64,000 nucleotides of DNA from Bacteroidota bacterium (lineage in GTDB: Bacteria; Bacteroidota; Ignavibacteria; UBA10030; UBA8401): NCBI GenBank assembly GCA_005792285.1, contig SXSI01000047.1, positions 100,368-164,367 of the forward strand, given 5' to 3'. Both the position numbers and the translations under genes were made by a program. Positions 1-10,411 of the stretch are shown in pieces (the stretch's first letter is position 1; the number at the start of each line of letters is the position of its first letter). The notes beneath the pieces were generated by a model. That model ran no database searches and was not told where the DNA came from. It worked only from the letters and a program-made list of their open reading frames with translations.

Positions 1-1
1 A

Positions 2-1033
2 TTAGCGACAATACTTTTTGATGTATTAAAGCTTCCACCTGTCAAAAAAACTAAAAGTGGATTCTCGACTGATGCTGGAGTATTAGAACAACTTCGAAAT
101 GCTCACCCAATTATTGTAAAATTGTTAGATTACAGACAGTTTACTAAACTAAAATCAACTTATATAGATGCCATTCCAGAACTTGTTGATTCACGAACAG
201 GAAGAGTTCACACATCATTTAATCAAACAGTTGCATCAACGGGAAGATTATCTTCGAGTAGACCAAATTTCCAAAACATTCCAATCCGCACAGAAATTGG
301 AAGAGAAATTAGAAAAGCATTTATTCCAGAAAATAATAATATGAAAATTCTTTCTGCCGATTATTCCCAAATTGAATTAAGAATTATGGCTCACATCTCC
401 GGAGACGAAGCTATGCTCGAAGCGTTTCGTGCGAAAGAAGATATTCATACAACTACTGCTGCAAAAATTTTCAGTGTTAAAATTGAAGAAGTTACAAAGG
501 ATATGAGACGTAAAGCTAAAGAAGTAAATTTTGGAATCATGTATGGAATTAGAGAGTTCGGTCTTGCGAATCGTTTGGAAATTACAAATTCGGAAGCGAA
601 GGAAGTTATTACAAGATACAATACGAGATTTCCAAAAGTTAGAGAATATATTTCCGATACAATTCTTTTTGCAAAACAAAATGGTTACGTGATGACTTTA
701 TTAAAAAGAAGAAGATATCTTCCGGATATTCGAAGTGCAAATTCAATTGTGCGACAGAATGCTGAACGACAAGCAATCAATATGCCGATTCAAGGAACTG
801 CTGCCGATATGATTAAAATTGCGATGATAAATATTTTCAACAAATTCAATAAACATAAATTTAAAAGCAATATGCTTTTACAAGTTCACGATGAATTGGT
901 TTTTGAAGTGTTGAATAATGAATTAGAGGAAGTAAAATTAATTATTTCTCAGGAAATGATAAATGCTTTACCACTAAAAGTTCCAATTGAAATTGAAATT
1001 GGAGTTGGAAATAATTGGTTTGAAGCTCACTAA
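2..1033 (+). CDS. polA: DNA polymerase I, C-terminal polymerase domain (5' truncated by window edge)
   Basis: Frame is open from base 2 (LATILFDVLKLPPVKKTKSGFSTD...). Family A motifs ADYSQIELR, RRKAKEVNFGIMYG and LLQVHDELVFE. Confidence 0.98.
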   Translation, partial: LATILFDVLKLPPVKKTKSGFSTDAGVLEQLRNAHPIIVKLLDYRQFTKLKSTYIDAIPELVDSRTGRVHTSFNQTVASTGRLSSSRPNFQNIPIRTEIGREIRKAFIPENNNMKILSADYSQIELRIMAHISGDEAMLEAFRAKEDIHTTTAAKIFSVKIEEVTKDMRRKAKEVNFGIMYGIREFGLANRLEITNSEAKEVITRYNTRFPKVREYISDTILFAKQNGYVMTLLKRRRYLPDIRSANSIVRQNAERQAINMPIQGTAADMIKIAMINIFNKFNKHKFKSNMLLQVHDELVFEVLNNELEEVKLIISQEMINALPLKVPIEIEIGVGNNWFEAH

Positions 1034-1042
1034 TAAAGTGAA

Positions 1043-1600
1043 CTAAATTTCTAAAAGTTCTTTTTCCTTATTAACTAAAATTGAATCAATTTCTTTAGTT
1101 GACTTGTCAGTCATTTTTTGAATTTCAGTTTCGCCCCGTTTGTCGTCATCTTCAGAAATATTTTTCTCTTTCAACATTTTTTTTACATGCTCGTTTGCAT
1201 CGCGCCGAATATTTCGAACCGAAATTTTACCTTCTTCGCCAAATTTTTTAACTAATTTTATCAATTCTTTTCTTCGTTCCTCTGTTAACGGTGGAATTGG
1301 AACGCGAATTAATGAACCATCATTCTGCGGATTCAAACCTAAATTTGCCTCAAGTATCCCTTTTTCAATTGCTGCAACTAAACTTTTATCCCACGGAGTA
1401 ATTGTTAATGTATGAGCGTCAGAAACGCCAACTGTCCCAACTTGTTGAAGAGTCATCAATGAACCATATGCATCAACTTTTACTGTGTCGAGTAATCCTG
1501 TTGAAGCTTTTCCTGTTCGGATTTTCATTAATTCTTGTCGAACTACTTCGAGCGCTTTATGCATTCTCGTTTCGCAATCAGATAATATTTCTTTAATCAT
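1043..1600 (-). CDS. frr: Ribosome recycling factor
   Basis: IRTGKA, LGLNPQNDG, PPLTEERRKEL, VRNIRRDAN; lies downstream of pyrH. Confidence 0.98.
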   Translation of the reverse strand: MIKEILSDCETRMHKALEVVRQELMKIRTGKASTGLLDTVKVDAYGSLMTLQQVGTVGVSDAHTLTITPWDKSLVAAIEKGILEANLGLNPQNDGSLIRVPIPPLTEERRKELIKLVKKFGEEGKISVRNIRRDANEHVKKMLKEKNISEDDDKRGETEIQKMTDKSTKEIDSILVNKEKELLEI

Positions 1601-1615
1601 AAATTACTCCTTAAT

Positions 1616-2329
1616 TCAATTTCCATTTACTAATGTACCAATTTTTTTACCACTAATTAATTTTGTTAAATTATTTTTGATGTTCATATTAAAAACAATT
1701 AACGGTAATTTATTTTCTTTGCAAAGTGTAATTGCAGTTAGATCCATAACTTTAAGATTTCTTTTTAGAACTTCAGAATAAGTAGTTGACTCATATTTTT
1801 TAGCTTTAGAATTTTTTTCTGGGTCGTCCGAATAAATTCCGTCGACTCGTGTACCTTTAATAATTACTTCAGCATTTATTTCTACTGCACGAAGAACTGC
1901 GGCAGTATCAGTTGTAAAATATGGATTTCCAGTTCCCGCAGCGAAAATTACAATCCTTCCCTTTTCCAAATGTCGGATTGCGCGTCTTCGAATATATGGT
2001 TCGGCAATTTTTTCCATTGCAATTGCAGATAGACATCTTGTTTTCAATCCATGTTGTTCTAATGAACTTTGAAACGCTAATGCATTAATAACTGTCGCGA
2101 GCATTCCCATATAATCGCCAGTAGATTTATCAACTCCATCACTTGAATTTTCAACACCACGATAAATATTTCCTCCACCAATTACAATTCCAATTTGAAC
2201 ACCTTTTTCGTGAATTTGTTTTATTTCTGCAGAATATTTATTAAGAATTTCAGAATCAATTCCATATTCCAATTTTCCCATTAACGCTTCACCACTTAAT
2301 TTTAAAAGTATTCGTTTATACTTTGCCAT
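1616..2329 (-). CDS. pyrH: Uridylate kinase
   Basis: [33 protein letters not shown]. Confidence 0.98.
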   Translation of the reverse strand: MAKYKRILLKLSGEALMGKLEYGIDSEILNKYSAEIKQIHEKGVQIGIVIGGGNIYRGVENSSDGVDKSTGDYMGMLATVINALAFQSSLEQHGLKTRCLSAIAMEKIAEPYIRRRAIRHLEKGRIVIFAAGTGNPYFTTDTAAVLRAVEINAEVIIKGTRVDGIYSDDPEKNSKAKKYESTTYSEVLKRNLKVMDLTAITLCKENKLPLIVFNMNIKNNLTKLISGKKIGTLVNGN

Positions 2330-2346
2330 AATTTATATTCAATGAT

Positions 2347-2383
2347 AAAAAAAAAGGTCTCAAGTTACAATAACTGAGACCTT
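2347..2383 (-). terminator. Intrinsic terminator after tsf
   Basis: On the minus strand AAGGTCTCAGTTA-ttg-TAACTTGAGACC forms a hairpin with one bulge, followed by a T9 run. Confidence 0.8.
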
Positions 2384-2390
2384 AAATTGG

Positions 2391-3251
2391 TTATTCACCA
2401 AGTTGATATCTTAAAAACCTTTTGACTGTAACTTTTTCTCCGATTTGCTTGCTTGCATCATTTAGAATATCAGTAATAGTTTTTCCTGCGTCTTTAATAA
2501 AACTTTGTTCTATTAACACAAATTCCTGATAATATTTTTCTAATCGACCAAGTGATATTTTTTCAGCAATTGCTTCAGGTTTTCCTTCGTTCTTAGCATT
2601 GGTTTTATATATTTCTATCTCTTGTAAAATTGTATTTTTTGAAACTGATTTTCTACTGACTACAGTTGGATTCATCGCAGCTATTTGCATAGCAATATCT
2701 TTTGAAAGAGTTTTCGTTATGTCATTATTTTTTGAAGTAGTTAATTCAACTAACACGCCAATTTTATTTCCCATGTGAGTATAACTATTAATTAATCCAT
2801 CAGAAGTTTTGAAAACTTCTAATCTGCGAATAGCAACTTTCTCACCGATTTTTCCTACCAAATCATTCACTCTGTTTTCAACTGTAACTCCATCTTGTAT
2901 TTGATGAGATAAAAGTAGTTCAACATTGCTCAGTTTATTTTCTTCTATAATTGTTAAAAGTTGATTTGCAAAAGAAATAAATTCTTCATTTCGACCGACA
3001 AAATCAGTTTCGCAATTAACTTCTAAAATAATTCCTTCATTTGATTGAGAATTAATTTTAGTAATTATAATTCCTTGCTTTGCAACTCTATCAGCTCTTT
3101 TTTGTGCAGTTGAAATTCCTTTTTTTCTTAGAACTTCAATTGCTTGTTCAATAATACCATTTGCATCTTCAAGTGCTTTTTTGCAATCCATCATTCCTGC
3201 ACCTGTTTGGTTGCGAAGTGTTTTAACTGCTTCTGCTGAAATATTCGTCAT
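2391..3251 (-). CDS. tsf: Elongation factor Ts
   Basis: VKTLRNQTGAGMMDCKKAL and EVNCETDFV. Confidence 0.98.
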   Translation of the reverse strand: MTNISAEAVKTLRNQTGAGMMDCKKALEDANGIIEQAIEVLRKKGISTAQKRADRVAKQGIIITKINSQSNEGIILEVNCETDFVGRNEEFISFANQLLTIIEENKLSNVELLLSHQIQDGVTVENRVNDLVGKIGEKVAIRRLEVFKTSDGLINSYTHMGNKIGVLVELTTSKNNDITKTLSKDIAMQIAAMNPTVVSRKSVSKNTILQEIEIYKTNAKNEGKPEAIAEKISLGRLEKYYQEFVLIEQSFIKDAGKTITDILNDASKQIGEKVTVKRFLRYQLGE

Positions 3252-3281
3252 CTTTATTTAAAATTTATTTTTTTATTAATT

Positions 3282-4022
3282 CTATTTAACAATCTCTTTT
3301 TCATCTGCACTCACAGATTCTTCTTTTAATTTTGCTTTTGCAGCTTCTTTACCTTCAAGGATTGCATCTGCAATTGTTTCAGTAATAAGTTGAATAGATT
3401 TAATTGCATCATCGTTCGAAGGAATAATATAATCGATATTTTCAGTATCACAATTTGTGTCAACAATTGCAAAAACTGGAATATTCAATCGTGCTGCTTC
3501 TTTAATTGCAATAGATTCTTTTTTAACATCAACTACAAATAATGCGCCTGGTAGTCGATTCATTTCAACTACACCAGCTAAAGTTTTTCCCAATTTTTCT
3601 CTTTCTCTTTTAAGATTAAGAGCTTCTTTTTTTGTAATTTTGTCGAAAGTGCCATCTAATTCCATTTTTTCGATATTAGTATATCGCTTTACACTTTTTC
3701 TAATTGTTGTGAAATTAGTAAGAGCGCCACCCATCCATCTTTCAGTTACCCAAAATTCTTCTGATCTTTTGGCTTGTTCAGTTACAACTTCTCTTGCTTG
3801 TTTTTTTGTTCCAACAAATAAAACTCGTTTACCTTCAGCAACAATTTTTGAAATTGCAGTTGATGCGTCTTCCAACATCTCTTGTGTTTTTTTCAAATCT
3901 ACAATATGAATTCCATTGCGTTCCATAAAAATATATGGTTTCATTTTTGGATTCCAACGGCTGGCTAAATGTCCGAAGTGTGATCCGGCGGTCATGAGTT
4001 GTTCTAGTGATACTCTTGGCAT
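3282..4022 (-). CDS. rpsB: 30S ribosomal protein S2
   Basis: AGSHFGH, WNPKMKPYIF, PSNDDAIKSI; AAGGAG SD upstream. Confidence 0.98.
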   Translation of the reverse strand: MPRVSLEQLMTAGSHFGHLASRWNPKMKPYIFMERNGIHIVDLKKTQEMLEDASTAISKIVAEGKRVLFVGTKKQAREVVTEQAKRSEEFWVTERWMGGALTNFTTIRKSVKRYTNIEKMELDGTFDKITKKEALNLKREREKLGKTLAGVVEMNRLPGALFVVDVKKESIAIKEAARLNIPVFAIVDTNCDTENIDYIIPSNDDAIKSIQLITETIADAILEGKEAAKAKLKEESVSADEKEIVK

Positions 4023-4128
4023 GTTTACTCCTTTTTTAGTTTTTAACTTTTACCTTCATCATTCGAAGTCGGGACTTTCAAAAGAAAGCACTTCCGAGAT
4101 CGTCAGAAAGTATGTTTGATTTATAAAA
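4023..4128 (-). promoter_or_regulatory. Putative structured rpsB leader (t44/S2-leader-like)
   Basis: 106-nt spacer richer in GC than other spacers, with nested pairings (CTTTC-tttt-GAAAG; TCGGAA/TCCCGA). It sits where S2 autoregulatory leaders occur. Confidence 0.45.
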
Positions 4129-4524
4129 TTATCGTTTCGAGAACTGGAATCGTTTTCGAGCTTTTTTGCGTCCGTATTTTTTTCTTTCAACCATTCTTGA
4201 ATCTCTGGTCAACAATTCATTTTTACGTAACACAGTTTTGTTTTCATCATTAACTTTTACAAGAGCGCGAGCAATTCCTAATTGTAACGCTCCGGCTTGC
4301 CCTGTTGGTCCGCCACCTTCAACTCGTGCAAAAATATCGTATTTGTCTACCGACTCTGTTACTAAAAATGGTTTTTTAACTTTTGTTGTTAAAGTCTGAT
4401 ATTTAAAATATGAATCGAGAGGTTTTTGATTTACTGTAATATTACCATTTCCAAATGTCAAAATAATTCTGGCAATTGATGTTTTTCTTCGACCAAGGGT
4501 ATTTATTTTTAGTTCACTATGCAT
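4129..4524 (-). CDS. rpsI: 30S ribosomal protein S9
   Basis: GRRKTSIAR, GGGPTGQAGA, C-terminal RKRFQFSKR. Confidence 0.98.
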   Translation of the reverse strand: MHSELKINTLGRRKTSIARIILTFGNGNITVNQKPLDSYFKYQTLTTKVKKPFLVTESVDKYDIFARVEGGGPTGQAGALQLGIARALVKVNDENKTVLRKNELLTRDSRMVERKKYGRKKARKRFQFSKR

Positions 4525-4535
4525 ATAGAATTATT

Positions 4536-4976
4536 TTACAATTGAATTGTTTCTGGCAATTGAGCAGAATGTGGATGCTCTGGACCAGCGTAAACTTTTA
4601 ATTTTTTTAGAATTTGTCTTCCAAGTGTATTTTTTGGAATCATTCCTTGAACTGCATATTCAATTACACGCTCAGGATGATCTTTAATTACTTCACGGAA
4701 TTTTTCAAAAATAGCGCCACCTGGATAACCTGTATTTCGAAAATATCTTTTCTGTTCGAGTCGTTTACCAGTAAATTTAACTTTATCTGCATTTATTACG
4801 ATAATAAAATCACCGCAATCTGCATTTGGAGTATAAGTTGGTTTATGTTTTCCTCGAAGTAAATGAGCAATTCGTGACGAAAAGCGACCGACAATTTTAT
4901 CAGTTGCATCGACTACAAACCATTTCTTTGGTATTTCTGATTCTGTAAAATAATGTGTTGTTTTATCTTTTAGCAT
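4536..4976 (-). CDS. rplM: 50S ribosomal protein L13
   Basis: KWFVVDA, LRGKHKPTYTPNADCGD, GPEHPHSAQ. Confidence 0.98.
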   Translation of the reverse strand: MLKDKTTHYFTESEIPKKWFVVDATDKIVGRFSSRIAHLLRGKHKPTYTPNADCGDFIIVINADKVKFTGKRLEQKRYFRNTGYPGGAIFEKFREVIKDHPERVIEYAVQGMIPKNTLGRQILKKLKVYAGPEHPHSAQLPETIQL

Positions 4977-5003
4977 AATATTTGGGGTTTAAAAAGCAGG
5001 ACA

Positions 5004-5032
5004 ATAATAGTATCTTTTCTTTACTTTTACAA
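5004..5032 (-). promoter_or_regulatory. Putative housekeeping promoter of the rplM operon
   Basis: TTGTAA-N17-TATTAT(TG) on the minus strand. Confidence 0.5.
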
Positions 5033-5052
5033 GAGTTATTTATGCTCTCTCA

Positions 5053-6237
5053 TTAATTCATTTCAGTTGTGCTTTCAAGTATTTGCTTTAAAGTTTGCAA
5101 AAATCTACCAGCCATTGCACCATCAATAACTCTATGATCGCAAGAAAGTGTAACTTTCATTACTTTTCCAATTACTATTTTATTTGCTGATACTATTGGC
5201 TTTTCAACAACTGTTCCAACAGCTAAAATTGCTGATTCTGGTGGATTTATGATTGCTGTAAAATTTTCCACATCGAACATTCCGAGGTTACTAATTGTAA
5301 ATGTGCTTCCTTGAAATTCTTCTGGCTTTAATTTTCTTTCTTTTGATTTAATTGCCAATTGTTTTATTTCTGAAGAAATTTCTTGCAACGATTTATTATT
5401 TGAATTTCTAACAACTGGAGTTGTCAGCCCTTCATCGGTTGAAACAGCTACTCCAATATCAATTTTTTTATGATAAACAATTGAGTCATGATTCCAAGAT
5501 GAGTTTACTTCAGGGTGTTTTTGAATTGCAATTGAAACTGCTCTTACAATAAAATCATTGTAACTAATTTTAACATTTTTTTCTGAATTAATTTTCTCGC
5601 GCATCTCGGCTACTTTATCCATTCTTATTTCAATTGTAACATAAAAATGTGGAGCAATAACTTTACTTGCAGAAAGTCTTCGTGCAATTGTTTTACGCAT
5701 TAATGAAATTGGAATTCTATTTACATCTTCATCAGAAAATTTTACATTCGAAACTAGTGAGTAATTTTCTACATCTTGTTTTACAATTCTTCCCAATGGC
5801 CCAGTTCCAACTAAATAATTTAGTTCGACACCCTTTTCAATTGCAATTCGCTTTGCAAGTGGTGATGCTTTAATACGTTTATCTGAAGTAGATATTTTTG
5901 AAACTGTAGTTTTTGTTGTTTTCGATATTTCTGATGATGCACTTTTTTTATTTTCAAATTTTTTTGTTTCCGTTTTTAATAAATTAGAAAAATCCTCTCC
6001 GGCTTTTCCTATTATAACTAAAGGTGCTCCAATTTTAACAGCTTCTTTTTCTTTTGCAAATAATTTTAAAATTACTCCACTTTCGTAAGCTTCCAATTCC
6101 ATGTCAGCTTTATCGGATTGTATTTCTGCAATAATTTCTCCCTGCTTAATTGTATCCCCCTCATTTTTTTTCCATTTAAGAATAATTCCCTCTTCCATGG
6201 TGTCACTTAATTTCGGCATGTCAATTCTTGTAGCCAT
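5053..6237 (-). CDS. pdhC: Pyruvate dehydrogenase E2, dihydrolipoamide acetyltransferase
   Basis: Lipoyl domain MPKLSDTMEEG...SDKADME, E3-binding ASPLAKR, catalytic DHRVIDGA. Confidence 0.93.
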   Translation of the reverse strand: MATRIDMPKLSDTMEEGIILKWKKNEGDTIKQGEIIAEIQSDKADMELEAYESGVILKLFAKEKEAVKIGAPLVIIGKAGEDFSNLLKTETKKFENKKSASSEISKTTKTTVSKISTSDKRIKASPLAKRIAIEKGVELNYLVGTGPLGRIVKQDVENYSLVSNVKFSDEDVNRIPISLMRKTIARRLSASKVIAPHFYVTIEIRMDKVAEMREKINSEKNVKISYNDFIVRAVSIAIQKHPEVNSSWNHDSIVYHKKIDIGVAVSTDEGLTTPVVRNSNNKSLQEISSEIKQLAIKSKERKLKPEEFQGSTFTISNLGMFDVENFTAIINPPESAILAVGTVVEKPIVSANKIVIGKVMKVTLSCDHRVIDGAMAGRFLQTLKQILESTTEMN

Positions 6238-6242
6238 TTATT

Positions 6243-7223
6243 TTATCTGTTTAATGATTGATGAACTGCTTCAATTACTTTTTCTACATTTGGAATTGCT
6301 TCATACTCTAAATTTTCTGCGTATGGCATCGGAACATCTGCACCATTAATATTTATAATCGGTGAATCTAAATAATCAAATGCTTGTGAGCTAACTCGTT
6401 TTGCAATTTCTGAACCAACACTTGCAAATGGCCAAGAATCTTCTACTATTACAAGATGATTAGTTTTAATTACTGAATTAATTATTAATTCTTCATCAAG
6501 TGGACGAAGTGTACGAGGATCAATTACTTCGCAATCAATTCCTTCATGTGAAAGTTGTTCCGCGGCTTTTAAAGCAACAGGCAACATTTTTGTCCAAGCG
6601 ACAATTGTAATATCTCTTCCTTCTCTTTTAATATCACCAACTCCAAGTGGAATTAAATATTCTTCAGATGGTACTTCTCCTTTAATACTGTACATCAATT
6701 CACTTTCCAAAAACATTACAGGATTATCATCTCGAATTGCAGATTTCAACAATCCCTTCGCATCGTACGGAGTTGAACAAGTTACAACTTTCAATCCGGG
6801 AACATGTGCAAGCATAGATTCCAAAGCTTGAGAATGTTGACTGCCGAGCATGTGCGCTGGACCATTTGGTGCACGAACAACAATTGGACAATTAAATTGT
6901 CCTGCGGACATGTATCGAAGTTTTGCTGCATTATTAAAAATCTGATCGAATGCAAGAATTGCAAAATTCCAAGTCATAATTTCTACAATCGGACGAAGTC
7001 CTGTCATCGCAGCACCAATTCCAATTCCTGTAAATCCGGCTTCAGAAATTGGTGTATCAATAACTCTTTTCGAACCAAATTTTTCTAACATTCCTTGTGT
7101 AACTTTATACGCTCCGTTATATTCTGCAACTTCTTCTCCCATTATAAAAATATTTGGATCGCGTTCCATCTCTTCACACATCGCTTGATTCAAAGCTTCT
7201 CGTATTTGTAAATTCTGTATCAT
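6243..7223 (-). CDS. pdhB: Pyruvate dehydrogenase E1 beta subunit
   Basis: GEEVAEYNGAYKVT, DTPISEAGF, SQHSQ, DVPMPYA. Confidence 0.95.
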   Translation of the reverse strand: MIQNLQIREALNQAMCEEMERDPNIFIMGEEVAEYNGAYKVTQGMLEKFGSKRVIDTPISEAGFTGIGIGAAMTGLRPIVEIMTWNFAILAFDQIFNNAAKLRYMSAGQFNCPIVVRAPNGPAHMLGSQHSQALESMLAHVPGLKVVTCSTPYDAKGLLKSAIRDDNPVMFLESELMYSIKGEVPSEEYLIPLGVGDIKREGRDITIVAWTKMLPVALKAAEQLSHEGIDCEVIDPRTLRPLDEELIINSVIKTNHLVIVEDSWPFASVGSEIAKRVSSQAFDYLDSPIININGADVPMPYAENLEYEAIPNVEKVIEAVHQSLNR

Positions 7224-7224
7224 T

Positions 7225-8247
7225 TTAATTTTTGTAAACGTTTTGATAAAGATAATCTAACGGTGGTTGATCGCTTTTTTCTGCAAATTCAACACATTCA
7301 ATAACTTTATTTTTAATTTCTGATTCGAAATTTTCAATTTCAGATTCTGAAATTATTTTATCTTCTATAAGTTGGTTGCCAAAAATAATAATTGGATCAT
7401 TCACTTTTGCTAATTCAACTTCCTCTTTTGCGCGATATGTTGCGGGATCAGACATTGAATGCCCTTTGAATCTATAAGTAATTGCTTCAAGAAGAGTTGG
7501 CATTGAATTTGTACGCGCAATATTTACTGCATCCTTCATAGTTTTGTATGCTTCAATAATATTCATTCCATCGAAAGAACCTCTATTCATATCTAAATAT
7601 TTTCCTGTGCGATAAAGTTCATTCCCGGCAAATGATCGTTCAATTGAAGTTCCCATTCCATATTTATTATTTTCGATTATAAAAATAACTGGCAACTTCC
7701 AAAGTTGAGCCATATTCAAAGTTTCAAAAAATATTCCCTGATTAATTGCTGCATCACCAAAATAACAAATTGCAATATTATCTGTCCCCAAATATTTTGC
7801 AGAAAATGCAGCTCCGGCAGCTAATGGAATATGAGCGCCAACAATTCCATAACCTCCCATAAAATTAATTTCAGAATCAATAAGATGCATCGATCCGCCA
7901 ACTCCTTTTGTAATTCCGGAATGTTTTCCAAATAATTCTGCCATAATTAATTTTGGATCCATTCCCCGTGCTAATGCTTGACCATGATCTCTGTATGATG
8001 CATAAATAAAATCTTTATTATTGAGCGCGGAAATTGTTCCGACTGCTACAGCTTCTTGACCGATATATAAATGACAGAATCCGGAAATTTTTCCTTTTCC
8101 ATATTCTTGTGAACATCGCTCTTCAAATCTTCTGATGAGCAACATTTTTTTATACATCGCAATCAACTGTTGATGTGAAAGATCTGTGTAATCGTTTTTT
8201 CTCAACTTTGGAGATGAAATATTTTTTGTACTTGTAGAAGCTTCCAA
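7225..8247 (-). CDS. pdhA: Pyruvate dehydrogenase E1 alpha subunit
   Basis: GFCHLYIGQEA, TPP motif GDAA...ENN, YRFKGHSMSDP. Confidence 0.95.
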   Translation of the reverse strand: MEASTSTKNISSPKLRKNDYTDLSHQQLIAMYKKMLLIRRFEERCSQEYGKGKISGFCHLYIGQEAVAVGTISALNNKDFIYASYRDHGQALARGMDPKLIMAELFGKHSGITKGVGGSMHLIDSEINFMGGYGIVGAHIPLAAGAAFSAKYLGTDNIAICYFGDAAINQGIFFETLNMAQLWKLPVIFIIENNKYGMGTSIERSFAGNELYRTGKYLDMNRGSFDGMNIIEAYKTMKDAVNIARTNSMPTLLEAITYRFKGHSMSDPATYRAKEEVELAKVNDPIIIFGNQLIEDKIISESEIENFESEIKNKVIECVEFAEKSDQPPLDYLYQNVYKN

Positions 8248-8256
8248 TTGATTTTT

Positions 8257-9141
8257 TTAAAGTTGTTCAGAAGCATGATACGAGCTTCTTACTAAAGGTC
8301 CAGATTCAACATGTTTGAATCCCATTTGTAAACTTTTTTCTTTTATTAAAGAAAATTCTGAAGGATGAACAAATCTTTCGACAGGAAGATGTTCTTTTGT
8401 TGGCTGAAGATATTGGCCAACAGTTAAAATATCACACTCAACTGCTCTTAAATCACTTATTGTATCCATCACTTCATCGATTTTTTCTCCAAGTCCAAGC
8501 ATAATTCCGGATTTAGTTAAAAATCCTCTTTGCTTAGCGCGATAAAGAACTTCCAATGACCGATTAAAATGTGCTTGTGGCCTGACTCTTTTATAAAGTC
8601 GCGGAACAGTTTCAATATTATGATTTAAAATATCTGGTTGCGAATCGAGAACTATATTTAATGCAATCTCACTTCCAAGAAAATCAGGAATCAAAACTTC
8701 TATTCTGCAATTTGAATCTCGACTTCTTATTTCATGAATTGTATTTGCAAAAATATGAGCTCCGCCATCAACAAGTTCATCACGATTAACAGAAGTAATT
8801 ACAACATGCCGAAGATTCATAATTGAAATTGTTTCAGCAACACGTCGAGGTTCATCCTCATCAACAAATCCCATCGAGCCTGTTTTAACTGCACAGAATC
8901 CACAACTTCTTGTACAAGTATCTCCAAGAATCATAAATGTTGCAGTTCCTAAATTCCAACATTCACCAATATTTGGACATCTAGCTTCTTCGCAAACTGT
9001 GTTTAAATTATTTTTGGAAAGTAATTGTTTTATTTTTGAATAATTTTCTCCACTGGGAAGTTTTGCTTTTAACCAATCTGGTTTACGTGGAGGTAAATTA
9101 TTAGTTCGTTCAACAGAAATTTCTTGAATTAGAAACTGCAT
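8257..9141 (-). CDS. lipA: Lipoyl synthase
   Basis: CEEARCPNIGEC, radical SAM CTRSCGFC, RSSYHA. Confidence 0.97.
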   Translation of the reverse strand: MQFLIQEISVERTNNLPPRKPDWLKAKLPSGENYSKIKQLLSKNNLNTVCEEARCPNIGECWNLGTATFMILGDTCTRSCGFCAVKTGSMGFVDEDEPRRVAETISIMNLRHVVITSVNRDELVDGGAHIFANTIHEIRSRDSNCRIEVLIPDFLGSEIALNIVLDSQPDILNHNIETVPRLYKRVRPQAHFNRSLEVLYRAKQRGFLTKSGIMLGLGEKIDEVMDTISDLRAVECDILTVGQYLQPTKEHLPVERFVHPSEFSLIKEKSLQMGFKHVESGPLVRSSYHASEQL

Positions 9142-9145
9142 TGGA

Positions 9146-10381
9146 TTAAACGCTTTGAGTAGTGTTAAAATTTTCTAAATATTCAACCACTCGTTGTAGA
9201 AATTTCCCACCTAAAGCGCCATCTATTATTCTGTGATCGTACGACATTGAGATATAAACCATTGATCTAATTTTAATTTCATCATTAATAATTACCGGTC
9301 GTTTTTTAACTGCACCAATTCCAAGTATTGCAACTTGCGGCTGATTGATTATTGGAAAGCCATAAAGATTCCCAAAAATTCCGGGATTTGTAACTGTAAA
9401 AGTTCCGCCTTGAACATCAGTCGGTAAAAGTTTTTTCGATCTTGCTCTCGTGGCTAAATCATTTCCAGATTTTGCAAAATCAGTAATATTTTTGGATTCC
9501 GAATTTTTAATAACAGGAACTATCAATCCACTTTCAAGTGCCACTGCAATTCCGATATTAATTTCTTTGTGAAGTAGAATTGAATCTCCTTCAATAGAAG
9601 AATTTAAATATGGAAAATCTTTCAAAGATTTTGCAACTACCAATAAAAAGAATGGAGTTAAAGTTAGTTTGAAACCTTCTCTTTTTTCAAAATCAGACTT
9701 ATTTTTTTCTCTATAATTTACAATTGATGTAACATCGGCTTCGGTAACAGAACCAACATGAGCTGAAGTATGAACACTTCGAACCATATGTTCAGCAATT
9801 AACTTTCTCATATTATCCATTTTAACTACTTCAGATTTTTGAGATGAATCTGTTTTTGGGGTTAAACCTTTTTTCTTTTGTTCAGAAAAATTAATTATAT
9901 CATTTTTGGTTACTCGTCCTTGTGAACCAGTTCCTACAATATTTTCAAGTTCGCTTACTGAAACACCTTCCTCTTTTGCAATATTCAAAACAAGTGGAGA
10001 GAAAAATTTATCTCCAGAAGTTTCTTTTTGTTTATCAAGATTGAGTTTTACGGTTGCAAAATTTTGGTTACTTGAAGAAGTTTTTACTTCATCAACTTTT
10101 GGTTGAGATTGAGGAGCTGGAGTATTTACAGAGGCTGCATCATTATTATTTATTCTTGCAATAATTGTGTGAACTGGAACTGTCTTTTGTTCTTCAACTA
10201 AAATTTCAACAAGAGTTCCAGCAGCCGGAGATGGTATCTCGGAATCAACTTTATCGGTACTTATTTCAAGAAGAGTTTCATCTTTACCAATTTTCTCCCC
10301 AATTTTTTTATACCATTTTGTAATTGTTCCTTCTGCGATACTTTCGCCCATTTGGGGCATTTTAACATCTATAATTGCCAT
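9146..10381 (-). CDS. 2-oxoacid dehydrogenase E2 acyltransferase (probably branched-chain complex)
   Basis: Lipoyl domain MPQMGESIAEG...STDKVDSEIPSP and YDHRIIDG; adjacent to a fused E1. Confidence 0.88.
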   Translation of the reverse strand: MAIIDVKMPQMGESIAEGTITKWYKKIGEKIGKDETLLEISTDKVDSEIPSPAAGTLVEILVEEQKTVPVHTIIARINNNDAASVNTPAPQSQPKVDEVKTSSSNQNFATVKLNLDKQKETSGDKFFSPLVLNIAKEEGVSVSELENIVGTGSQGRVTKNDIINFSEQKKKGLTPKTDSSQKSEVVKMDNMRKLIAEHMVRSVHTSAHVGSVTEADVTSIVNYREKNKSDFEKREGFKLTLTPFFLLVVAKSLKDFPYLNSSIEGDSILLHKEINIGIAVALESGLIVPVIKNSESKNITDFAKSGNDLATRARSKKLLPTDVQGGTFTVTNPGIFGNLYGFPIINQPQVAILGIGAVKKRPVIINDEIKIRSMVYISMSYDHRIIDGALGGKFLQRVVEYLENFNTTQSV

Positions 10382-10411
10382 AATATTAAATTAAGTTAGT
10401 GAAAATTTATT

